Below, one piece after another: positions 19,177 through 27,432 of a DNA stretch of 64,000 nt; the first letter of the stretch is position 1; every line of letters starts with the position of its first letter. The DNA is taken from positions 928,001 to 992,000 of the forward strand of contig CAVOVB010000001.1 of the NCBI GenBank assembly GCA_963699755.1, given 5' to 3'. The DNA is from an uncultured delta proteobacterium. Its GTDB lineage: Bacteria > Myxococcota_A > Polyangia > Polyangiales > Houyiibacteriaceae. A program made the translations under genes and the position numbers. The notes beneath the pieces were generated by a model. That model was given only the letters and a program-made list of their open reading frames with translations, ran no database searches and was not told where the DNA came from.

Positions 19177-20280
19177 ATGGCTTTATCCGTCGGCATCGTC
19201 GGCCTGCCCAACGTCGGCAAATCGACGCTTTTCAACGCTCTTTCAGAGAAGGAAGCGGAAGCGGCGAACTACGCGTTTTGCACCATCGACCCAAACGTCG
19301 GGATCGTCCCGGTGCCCGACCCGCGCTTCGACAAGCTGGTGGCCCTCTACGGCCCGAAGAAGGTGGTCCCAGCGAGCGTCGAGTTCGTCGACATCGCAGG
19401 CCTGGTAAAGGGCGCCTCCAAGGGCGAAGGAAAGGGCAATGCCTTTTTGAGCAACATCCGAGATGCCGATGCGGTCGCGCATGTGGTTCGTTGCTTCGAG
19501 GACGAGAACATCCTGCACGTCGACAACCGCGTCGACCCGCTGGCCGACATCGAGACGATCGAAACCGAGCTGATCCTCAAGGATCTCGAGACCGTCCAGA
19601 AACGTCTCGACAAGGCCGAGCGCGCCGCCAAAGGGCAGGACGCGTTCGAGAAGAAGGCGCTCGAGGTCTGCAAGCGCCTTGCGGCATCGCTCAACGAGGG
19701 CGAACCGGCGAGTTCGACGGCGCCCCGAGACGAGGACGAGGCTTTGGTGATCCGCGACATGTTCTTGCTCACGAACAAACCCTCCTTTTTCGTCGCCAAC
19801 GTGAAGGACGAACAGCTCGCGAGCCTCGACGAGGATCCACTCGTCGCTCAGGTCCAGGCGCTCGGCAGGGAGCGCGGCGTCCCGGTCGTGGTGATCAGCG
19901 CGGAGATCGAATCCGAAATCATGCAGCTTCCCGAAGCCGAGCGCCCCGAGTTCATCGAGTCGCTCGGCCTCGACGAGCCGGGCCTCCACAAGGTGATCCG
20001 CACCGGCTACGCGACCTTGGACCTGATTACCTTCTTCACCGCAGGCGAGCCCGAGGTGCACGCCTGGACGATCGACCGGGGCACCAAGGCCCCGCAGGCC
20101 GCAGGCAAGATCCACAGCGACTTCGAGCGAGGTTTCATCCGGGCGGAGGTCATGAAGTGTGAAGACCTGTTCGAGCTCGGCTCGGAGCAGGCGGTGAAGG
20201 CCGCCGGCAAGCTCGGGATCGAAGGCAAAGAGTACGTCGTGCAGGATGGCGACATCATGCACTTCCGCTTCAACGTCTAG
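19177..20280 (+). CDS. ychF: Redox-regulated ATPase YchF
   Basis: GIVGLPNVGKSTLFNAL, FVDIAGLVKGASKGEG, HSDFERGFIRAEV, YVVQDGD..HFRFNV. Confidence 0.97.
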   Translation: MALSVGIVGLPNVGKSTLFNALSEKEAEAANYAFCTIDPNVGIVPVPDPRFDKLVALYGPKKVVPASVEFVDIAGLVKGASKGEGKGNAFLSNIRDADAVAHVVRCFEDENILHVDNRVDPLADIETIETELILKDLETVQKRLDKAERAAKGQDAFEKKALEVCKRLAASLNEGEPASSTAPRDEDEALVIRDMFLLTNKPSFFVANVKDEQLASLDEDPLVAQVQALGRERGVPVVVISAEIESEIMQLPEAERPEFIESLGLDEPGLHKVIRTGYATLDLITFFTAGEPEVHAWTIDRGTKAPQAAGKIHSDFERGFIRAEVMKCEDLFELGSEQAVKAAGKLGIEGKEYVVQDGDIMHFRFNV

Positions 20281-21434
20281 AGCTCGGCGTCGTCGTAGAC
20301 CTTGAAACCGGTGATCGGGCCACAGTCGGTCTCGAAAACGGCGACACCGTTCTCGTCGACGCCCATGTCCTGATTGTTGATGCCGCTGGCACCGATCTTC
20401 AGATTGGCATCGGTGTAGGCGAGGAAGTCGCACATCTCGCCGTACTGAAGGCCGCGTCGCAGGGTCTCATCCGTATTGTTGATGAAGCCGCACTCCGAGC
20501 GCAGCTTCGGCGCGCCGTTGTTGTTCATCGGAGGGTCGATGATCGAGCCGATCGGCTCGCCGATCTTGTTCTCGATGTTGAAAATCGTCTGCGTGCTTCC
20601 GTCACCCTGGACGAAGCTCAAATTGAAGGAGTGGCCCCATTGGTGATAGTGGCCGAGCACGTAGTAGACGTTGTAGTCGACCGTGTCTTCGTGAAGGAGG
20701 TCTTGAAACGGCTCTTTGAAGTCGCAAGTCATCGACGTGCGCGACCTCGTCGGCACACCGTCGACCGCAGGGGGAATCGCGAGGTCCCCAATGGCAAAGC
20801 TGAACGGCGTCAGGCGGACGCGAACCTCTTCGACCGGCACGGTCTCGACCTCCATGGTCATCGCGGTCTCGAGGGGCCCGGCGGTGATGTTCAGAAGATG
20901 GGTGCTGCCGACGATCATGCTCCGTGCGGGAATTTCGAGCGCTGCACCGTCCGGAAAGGTCTGAGTCTCTTCCAGAGCCTGGGTCGATTGAGCGAAGAAC
21001 ACGCCTCCCGCCACCGCCGCGAAGTACTCGTGAAAGTCTCGGCCGCTGCAAGACCAGGTGCCCTTGTCCTGGGCGTTCGGACCCTCGCTTGGATTCGGAG
21101 GGAAGAGCCCTTCGGGCACGAAGAACCAGTTCGAGTGATGCCAGCCGCCGTCGTTGCTCTGCCGAACCTTCTTCACGTAGATCGGCTCGTCATTGCCGAG
21201 CACCCAGCTCTGACAGACGTCCGAGGTTTCCTGGGCACGCGCGAGCATCTGCGGCTCGTAGCGGTGGCTCAGAGTCATCGTGGACTCTCCGCTGCCACCG
21301 CTGCCGATGGTCCCGGTACCGCCGCTGCCACCGCCAGCGCTCATGGCTGTGCCGCCGCCGTCGCCGCATCCAAGGAGAAAGAGCGCGAAGGCAAATGATA
21401 AGATTATCAGGCGCATTGGCGTAGGATTCTTCAT
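20277..21434 (-). CDS. Lipoprotein, copper type II (PHM/DBM-like) monooxygenase fold
   Basis: Lipobox FLLGC and Gly-rich linker; WHHSNW, STHLLN, LGHYHQWG and GEMC give the HH/H and HxH/M copper ligand pattern. Confidence 0.7.
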   Translation of the reverse strand: MKNPTPMRLIILSFAFALFLLGCGDGGGTAMSAGGGSGGTGTIGSGGSGESTMTLSHRYEPQMLARAQETSDVCQSWVLGNDEPIYVKKVRQSNDGGWHHSNWFFVPEGLFPPNPSEGPNAQDKGTWSCSGRDFHEYFAAVAGGVFFAQSTQALEETQTFPDGAALEIPARSMIVGSTHLLNITAGPLETAMTMEVETVPVEEVRVRLTPFSFAIGDLAIPPAVDGVPTRSRTSMTCDFKEPFQDLLHEDTVDYNVYYVLGHYHQWGHSFNLSFVQGDGSTQTIFNIENKIGEPIGSIIDPPMNNNGAPKLRSECGFINNTDETLRRGLQYGEMCDFLAYTDANLKIGASGINNQDMGVDENGVAVFETDCGPITGFKVYDDAEL

Positions 21435-22108
21435 TCGCTGGCGTTTGGCAAGATGCTCGCTTCGATGAGCATGTATTCGTTTTGCCCATGGTTATCGACG
21501 TGAAAGAGCAATGGTGTCCCCTCCGGGTAGTCCTTGGGCGCAGTCCACAGAGCGTCGGGGAAGTCGTAATCGACCGGGAGCGTCACGCGATGGTCGAGCA
21601 CCTGCTCATCCCCGATGACGAAGCCAATTCGAGCCGTGCCCGGGACCGGAGCGGTGAGCTGCGAATGGCGGGTCCGCACCTCGACCCGGTCGCCAGCACG
21701 GATCGCGCGGAGTGACGGCTGCTCGAGGGTGATCCAGTTGCAGAGCGGAACCCTATCGTCGGTGGGCATCCGCGTGTAGACCGCCAGCACCGTGAACGCG
21801 TCGAGGCATTCCGGCACGACCGAGGCAATGCAGCTCGGGGTCAGCGCGAAATCGACGCAGTCGTCCTCCGGCCAGGGATACTGGTCACAGTTGATCGGCG
21901 TGAGCTCACAGACCGCGCCCTCGGGGGGCGCACCGAAGAACTCCGCGCCCTTATCGGATTGCACCCACTTCGTGTTGTCGACCAACGGCCCCGGGTCGCT
22001 CGTCACGGCCGCATCGCTGCTCGAGCAGCTCCAGAGCGCGCAGCAAAGGCAGAACGCCACCAAAGCTCGACTAAGCATCCTGCCACCGAGGATCCGTGCC
22101 AAGAGCAC
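21431..22108 (-). CDS. Hypothetical Cys-rich lipoprotein with C-terminal HxxNH motif
   Basis: Lipobox LWSC; Cys cluster; TRHSQL and FHVDNHGQNEY. Its stop overlaps the start of 20277..21434. The start may be ATG 22078. Confidence 0.65.
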   Translation of the reverse strand: MLLARILGGRMLSRALVAFCLCCALWSCSSSDAAVTSDPGPLVDNTKWVQSDKGAEFFGAPPEGAVCELTPINCDQYPWPEDDCVDFALTPSCIASVVPECLDAFTVLAVYTRMPTDDRVPLCNWITLEQPSLRAIRAGDRVEVRTRHSQLTAPVPGTARIGFVIGDEQVLDHRVTLPVDYDFPDALWTAPKDYPEGTPLLFHVDNHGQNEYMLIEASILPNASE

Positions 22109-22114
22109 GCCTGG

Positions 22115-22642
22115 CTAGCTTTCCCGCGGCACGCTGATGCGAACCAGCACGTCCGGTTTGACCTTCAAGGCCCCCAGGGCCGCCGTGAACGGTTTGATCC
22201 CGAAGTCCGGCTGGTGGATCTTCACATCGGCCGTCCATCGGTCGCCCTCCGCGCGGACGCTGGTTTGAATGTTCCGCGACTTGCCGTGCATCTCCAGCGT
22301 ACCCTCGACGGCAAATCCTTCGCCGCGTTCCACCACCTTGGTCGAGTCGAATCGAACCTCGGGATACTTGCGCGTTTGCAGCACGTCCTTGGTGGCGTTG
22401 TCGTAGATCTTCTTCTTGTCGCCCTTGCTGAGCGCAGAGAGGTCGTCGCGCCCATCGACGCGCGCGCAGACGACTTGCACGCTGCTCGGGTCGAAGGTCG
22501 CTTTGATCTGATGGGTCGTTTCGTCGACCTCGATCGAGAAGCGCTCCACCTGCAGCTTGAGGTCGTGAGCGAGCCTGGAGAGCAGCCCGTCTTTGAAAGA
22601 AAAGAGAAGACATTCGGAGTTGTATGCGTCGTACCGAACCAT
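22115..22642 (-). CDS. YceI-family protein
   Basis: KDGLLSRLAHDL, VLQTRKYPEVRFDS, GTLEMHG, QPDFGIKPF..LGALKV. Confidence 0.85.
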   Translation of the reverse strand: MVRYDAYNSECLLFSFKDGLLSRLAHDLKLQVERFSIEVDETTHQIKATFDPSSVQVVCARVDGRDDLSALSKGDKKKIYDNATKDVLQTRKYPEVRFDSTKVVERGEGFAVEGTLEMHGKSRNIQTSVRAEGDRWTADVKIHQPDFGIKPFTAALGALKVKPDVLVRISVPRES

Positions 22643-22695
22643 TGTCGGCGATGTAGCGCACAGCCGAGCGATGGGCCAGTTTCAATACCGTACCA

Positions 22696-24531
22696 TCACA
22701 GTTCCGGCGGTTTGACGTAATACGAACCGAGAAGAAGAAACATCTCCTCTTCGGTGGTGACACCGCCGCCGGCCGGGCAGGCGTCACAAACGCCATCTTC
22801 GCCGCAGACGGAATCATCGCCATCGCAAAGCATGCCTTGGTTCGGGCCGCCGAAGCAGGAGCGCTCCTCTTCCGCACAGCCGCAGGCATAGATGTCGATG
22901 CCCTGCGATCGAGCGAACTGCGCGATCGCGCCGACGAAAGTGCAGGTTTCCGCTTCCGGCTTGAGCGACTCACGCCGAACCTCCATCGGATTGGTCGCAC
23001 CATTGTCGTAGCGGGCGCAGTACCTGAAGGTGCGGTCTTCCTCGTTGGGGCTGTCGAAGGTGAGGATCTCGTCGCCGGTGAAGCGCTGATAGAGTGGATC
23101 TCCATAGTCGTAGCTCGCGTAGTCCGGCTCCCGATCGGCCGGACCGCAGTCCGGGTCACGCGTATTGCAGACCGCATTCGGCGGATACCAAACTCGGAAC
23201 TCCTTGCCGAAACGATGGGTGTGTGAGCTCAGCGTCAGCAACTGCCCATGCTGTGGAATCGTGAATGTCGTGCAGACTTCTTTGGAAGAAAACGCCTCGA
23301 TGCGGCCCATTCCGAAGAGGTCGCCAGCGTCGAAGATCTGCTCGCGCGGGTAGACCATCTCTTCGGCCTCCGCGAACTCGAGGTTCATCCATTGCTCGAC
23401 CGAGGTGTCGGTCTTGGTGAGATTGAAGGCATGGCTGTCCCAAATGACGAAGCCTTTGACTGGCATGAGGGAGAACACATTCGGCGGGTATTTCTCGCGG
23501 AAGGTCGCCTCCTGCGCGGTGGCCAGGTTGAGCCTGACCTCCGCTGCGCCGAAGAGACCCGCTGCGGTCCCCATCTGAGGAGGACCATTGGCGTAGAAGA
23601 TGCACGCGACCGTCGTCGCAGGCGCTGTGGCGCACTGACCACGATCGCCACACTCGTCACTTCCCGGGGCACAGGTCGCGCCCGCGTTCGAGCCCCCGAG
23701 GCAAGTCCAATTCCTCCAGTATTGCTCGTTGTTTGGATCGTACTGGGCTTCTTCGCCTTCGGGCGGAACGTAGAACTCGACGATGCTGTGGTGGGACTGG
23801 GGATCCTGGGCGAGCAACACCTCGTTGTAGGCGAAACATTCTCGTTCGGGACCGCCCTGCGTTTCACCGCAGGGCACCTTGAGCTCCTCCGGGATGCGGT
23901 CCGAGTAGTCGTAGTAGGTGACGAAGCAGACCTCGCCCTCCTGTTCGGCAGGAACCTCCCAGCCGCCGGAATAGAATTGAACGCCCTGATCCGCCGCAGG
24001 CGTCGGCAGCGGCTGAATCTTGTTCGGCGCGATCTCGCCTTCGAGCTCACAGGACGCAAACTGCGCTGAGCCATTGACGATCCCGGTTTCGGGCGCGCCA
24101 CCGCGGATCCATGCGCGCAGTAGGCCTAGATCATCTTCGCTCAGGACAGCATCACCGGTGGGCATCGCGCCGCCGGAAATGCCCAGTGGGCCGAGCTCAA
24201 AGTCCTCCGTCTTCGCGGCGACCTTCTGGTAGAGCAAGCTGAGGTCCTGCTCGGCAGGGAACACCCGGACGTAGTCACCGGAGCTCGCCTCGACGTTGAC
24301 GAGATTCGCGTAGGCCTGCGCCGGTCGAAGGTCGAGCCCTCCATTGGCCGTTTCACCGTGGCATGCCGATGCGGTGCAGCCTTTGGCCTCGAAGATCTGC
24401 TGCTGCACTTGCGCGAAGGTGCTGTCGGCGTCGCACTTCTGACCGGAGGGGACGACGGTCGCGCTGTCGGTGCCACATGCCGCGAGAGTCAGGGTCGCGA
24501 TCGCGGCGATCGCCAATTGAACGGGATTCAT
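22696..24531 (-). CDS. Lipoprotein: cytochrome c-like domain fused to copper type II monooxygenase-like domains
   Basis: Lipobox LAAC; CTASACHG..GGLDL, AMP and WIRGGAP; then SHHS, WDSHAFN, SSHTHRFG and EEMF. Confidence 0.7.
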   Translation of the reverse strand: MNPVQLAIAAIATLTLAACGTDSATVVPSGQKCDADSTFAQVQQQIFEAKGCTASACHGETANGGLDLRPAQAYANLVNVEASSGDYVRVFPAEQDLSLLYQKVAAKTEDFELGPLGISGGAMPTGDAVLSEDDLGLLRAWIRGGAPETGIVNGSAQFASCELEGEIAPNKIQPLPTPAADQGVQFYSGGWEVPAEQEGEVCFVTYYDYSDRIPEELKVPCGETQGGPERECFAYNEVLLAQDPQSHHSIVEFYVPPEGEEAQYDPNNEQYWRNWTCLGGSNAGATCAPGSDECGDRGQCATAPATTVACIFYANGPPQMGTAAGLFGAAEVRLNLATAQEATFREKYPPNVFSLMPVKGFVIWDSHAFNLTKTDTSVEQWMNLEFAEAEEMVYPREQIFDAGDLFGMGRIEAFSSKEVCTTFTIPQHGQLLTLSSHTHRFGKEFRVWYPPNAVCNTRDPDCGPADREPDYASYDYGDPLYQRFTGDEILTFDSPNEEDRTFRYCARYDNGATNPMEVRRESLKPEAETCTFVGAIAQFARSQGIDIYACGCAEEERSCFGGPNQGMLCDGDDSVCGEDGVCDACPAGGGVTTEEEMFLLLGSYYVKPPEL

Positions 24532-24654
24532 TCGTCGCTCCAGATGGGGTTCTAAGCCTAAGTGAGTGGGGGATTGTTCCTGATTGATCTATCGGTGCAA
24601 GTGAAAATGTGAGCCCTTCTCACGATTCGCAGCACGCGTGCAGATTTTGCGCCT

Positions 24655-26430
24655 TTAGGGTAGGGGCTCGGCAACGAAGTAGGAGCCTAGGGGGATGAAC
24701 ATCTCGTCATCGGTCGTGATGCCGCCGAGAAGCGGGCAGGCGTCGCAGACCCCCTCAGGGCCACATACCGAATCGTCGCCTTCGCAGCGCTCGCCCTGCT
24801 TGTCGCCGCCGAGGCAGACGCGCTCCTCCGGCAGGCAGCCGCAATGGGCGAACGGAACGCCGCAGACCGGCGTGTTCGGCTTGGTCGAGTCGCGCTTCAC
24901 CTTAAGAGGATCGTCGGCGCCGTTGTCGTAGACCGCGCAGGCCTTGAGCGTGCGGTCCGCCTCGCCCGCGGAGGAGTAGTCGTTCGGCGGATCATAATAG
25001 GTGTAGAGCGGGTCGTCGTAGAGCCTGCTCTCGTAGTCGGCAGTCGTGTCGGGCGGGCGGCAAGCGCTCGTGCTCGCGCAGGGCTCGTTTGGCGGTAGCC
25101 AAATCCGGAAGAGCTCGCCGCGAATGTGCATGTGAGAGCTCAGCGAGAGGAGCTGTGCGTACTGCGGCAGGGTCCAGGTCATGCAGACCTCCTGCTTGGT
25201 GAAGGGCGCGACTGTGCCCATCGCGAAGATATTGTCCGCTTCGAAGATCTGCCTGCGAATGAACTGTCGCCCCGACTCGGGCACGAAGCTGAGGTTCACC
25301 CACTGCTCAATCGACGTCGCTTTCTTGGTGAGGTTGAAGCCGTGGCTGTTCCACGAGACGAAGCCCTTGAGTGGCAAGACCGAGTAGACACCCGGCGGAG
25401 GGAGGTCGATCGCAGTCGATTCCTGAGCTCCGCCAAGCTGAACTAGTGTGTCACTGTCGGAGGTGAGGAAGCCGGCGCCCACGCCGAAGTCGTCCGGCGC
25501 GAAGCGGTACCCGATGCAGGCCACCGAGGTGCGCACCGGGGTCGTGCACTGGCTCCGTGCGCCGCAGGCATCGGCCTCGGTCGGGTCGCAGGCTTCCCCC
25601 GCTTTGACGCCCCCTAGGCAGGTCCAGGGCCCCCAGTCGCCCCCATTGGGGTCGGACTCGGGCGTGTAAACGCCGATGATGCTGTGGTGTGACTGACCAT
25701 CCTGGGCGAGCTCGTTTCGGCCGAAGGCAAAGCACTTCCGACCTTCGCCGAACTGATCGCAGTCGACCTGGTACTCGGCCGGCACCTGGTCGGTGAAGTC
25801 GTAGTAGCTTGCAAAGCAGACCTCGTCTTCGGACTCGCCGTCGAGGTCCCAACCCCCCGCGTAGAACTGCACGCCTTCATCCTGGGCGGGTGCGGGGAGG
25901 GGATTGATCTTATTTGGCTCCGGTTCGAAGCTGCCGTCGCAACCGAGAAGCTCGAGCGTCCCTCCGACGATCGAATCGGCGGGTGCGCCCGCTCGAATCC
26001 AAATCCGGATCGCCTCGAGCTGGTCGGAGCTCAGCGGCTCCAGACCGATGGGCATTGCTTGGCCGAGAGCGCCTGGGTTGGTGCCTTCCGTTCCCGCCGC
26101 GAGCTTCTTGTAGAGAAGGCTCAGCTCCTCGTCGCCCGGAAGGACCCGCTCGATCGAGGGATCGATCTTGCTCGATCGCCGAACCAGGGCATCGAACGAC
26201 GCACCTGCGCGAAGGTCGAGTTCGCCGAGCATGTCTTTGCCGTGACAGGTGCTTGCGGTGCATCCCTGGGCTTCGAAGATGGTCGTTTGAATCGCGTCGT
26301 AGGTGCTCGCGTAATTGCAATCCTTGAGTGTGCTGCCCGAATTCGAGTCCGAGCTGCAAGCAGCCAAAACGAGCACCGATAGCGCTGAAACGAGAACCAA
26401 AGAAGAGCTGTGTTTCGGCATTGGTCTCAT
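24655..26430 (-). CDS. Paralogous lipoprotein: cytochrome c-like domain fused to copper type II monooxygenase-like domains
   Basis: Lipobox LAAC; CTASTCHG, AMP and WIRAGAP; SHHS, WNSHGFN, SSHMHIRG and DEMF. Start at ATG 26430 or 26421. Confidence 0.7.
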   Translation of the reverse strand: MRPMPKHSSSLVLVSALSVLVLAACSSDSNSGSTLKDCNYASTYDAIQTTIFEAQGCTASTCHGKDMLGELDLRAGASFDALVRRSSKIDPSIERVLPGDEELSLLYKKLAAGTEGTNPGALGQAMPIGLEPLSSDQLEAIRIWIRAGAPADSIVGGTLELLGCDGSFEPEPNKINPLPAPAQDEGVQFYAGGWDLDGESEDEVCFASYYDFTDQVPAEYQVDCDQFGEGRKCFAFGRNELAQDGQSHHSIIGVYTPESDPNGGDWGPWTCLGGVKAGEACDPTEADACGARSQCTTPVRTSVACIGYRFAPDDFGVGAGFLTSDSDTLVQLGGAQESTAIDLPPPGVYSVLPLKGFVSWNSHGFNLTKKATSIEQWVNLSFVPESGRQFIRRQIFEADNIFAMGTVAPFTKQEVCMTWTLPQYAQLLSLSSHMHIRGELFRIWLPPNEPCASTSACRPPDTTADYESRLYDDPLYTYYDPPNDYSSAGEADRTLKACAVYDNGADDPLKVKRDSTKPNTPVCGVPFAHCGCLPEERVCLGGDKQGERCEGDDSVCGPEGVCDACPLLGGITTDDEMFIPLGSYFVAEPLP

Positions 26431-26536
26431 CGTCCCGGCGGGTCTGGAGCTGAAATACAAAAGGTCAACTGATTCCGGTTCAATTGACGGAGAGCGGTGA
26501 TTGGCGCAAGCCTTGCGCCTCTCTGGAGAACCTCCG

Positions 26537-26983
26537 ATGCCGCTCGAAATCCTCTTCAAGACCGCCAACTACGCGATCATTCCGTTCTGGTTGCTGCTGA
26601 TCGTCGCCCCGCGCTGGTCCTGGACACAGCGATTGGTGTACGGGCCAGTCGCGCTTCTGCTGCTCTCGCCGATCTACGCGTACATGCTCTTTGGCTATGG
26701 ACCAGGGCCCGAAGGTGTGGAGTTCCGTTCGCTCTATGGCGTGATGCAAGGGTTTTCGGTGCCGCAGCTCGTGGTCGCGGGTTGGATTCACTATCTGATC
26801 TTCGATTTGTTCGTCGGCGCTTGGGAGACGCGGGATGCACAGCGGCGCGGGATCCCCCATCTCCTCGTGATCCCTTGTCTCATCGCGACCCTGCTGGTCG
26901 GGCCTCTGGGGCTTCTCCTCTACGTGCTCCTGCGCTTCTTCGCCAAGGGGGTCCTCGAGTACGACGAGGCGGGAACCCTTTGA
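26537..26983 (+). CDS. ABA4-like (DUF4281) membrane protein
   Basis: PFWLLLIVAPRWSWT, AGWIHYLIFDLFVG, PCL..TLLVGPLGLL; GGAG RBS before ATG 26537. Confidence 0.85.
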   Translation: MPLEILFKTANYAIIPFWLLLIVAPRWSWTQRLVYGPVALLLLSPIYAYMLFGYGPGPEGVEFRSLYGVMQGFSVPQLVVAGWIHYLIFDLFVGAWETRDAQRRGIPHLLVIPCLIATLLVGPLGLLLYVLLRFFAKGVLEYDEAGTL

Positions 26984-27027
26984 GGCCCCGCGACGCCGGG
27001 CACCTGGGAGCAGGGTCACGGCGCGCA

Positions 27028-27063
27028 ATTAAGTGGGGCCAGCGCCATTACTGGCGCCGGCCC
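27028..27063 (-). terminator. Terminal hairpin (probable terminator)
   Basis: GGGCCGGCGCCA-GUAA-UGGCGCUGGCCC followed by CACUUAAU (weak U tract); lies between convergent units. Confidence 0.55.
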
Positions 27064-27107
27064 TCGTTGATCCGGACTCCCACCAAGGGGGGGAGCTCGC
27101 CTAAGGG

Positions 27108-27164
27108 CTAACTCGCCCGCACCTCCGGTGCGAGTCCGATTCTAGAATTGCTGTCCATATGCAT
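27108..27164 (-). CDS. Possible small ORF (MH)MDSNSRIGLAPEVRAS
   Basis: Strong SD GGGGGAGG (27168-27175) before ATG 27164 and ATG 27158; TAG at 27108-27110. Confidence 0.3.
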   Translation of the reverse strand: MHMDSNSRIGLAPEVRAS

Positions 27165-27390
27165 ATTCCTCCCCCGGCGATGCCGGCGCTCTTGGGTCTC
27201 TGAGCACCATGCCCAGACCACGCGGAGCGTTCCTTGGTGGTTAGACCCACGGATATCGAGGGCCGATTCACGGCAGCGAGTCTCCTTTCGGAGTTCGCAC
27301 CAGCGCGGGGCAATTCACCCAACCGCCGCCAGCGATGAGTCGCATCGCAAAAAGGAGAACCCTTCTTCGGGCAACGCCACTCACGCCATC

Positions 27391-27419
27391 AAGATAGTCC
27401 CTAGGCCCGATCGCGCCAA
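27391..27419 (-). promoter_or_regulatory. Sigma70-like promoter
   Basis: TTGGCG (27419-27414), 17-nt spacer, TATCTT (27396-27391). Confidence 0.5.
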
Positions 27420-27432
27420 GTCCAGAACTGAC

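Larger units (their letters stand above)
27028..27385 (-). ncRNA. Putative structured ncRNA or regulated small-ORF transcript (~355 nt), unassigned family
   Basis: Upstream sigma70-like promoter, several hairpins whose G-U pairs and GNRA loops work on the minus strand, long-range inverted repeats and a terminal hairpin. Confidence 0.55.

Noticed and set aside
19243..20433. 396-aa minus-strand ORF, and similar long ORFs at 35218-36435, 44696-46150 and 48260-49852
   Set aside because: They lie antisense to well-supported genes (ychF, aspS, clpB, MaoC/MFP), as expected from high-GC codon bias.
27028..27385. RNase P RNA or tmRNA identity for the ~355-nt element
   Set aside because: The length fits, but GAGGAAAGUCC and CAGAA..CGGCUUA are absent, and there are no tRNA-like ends or ANDN...AA tag.
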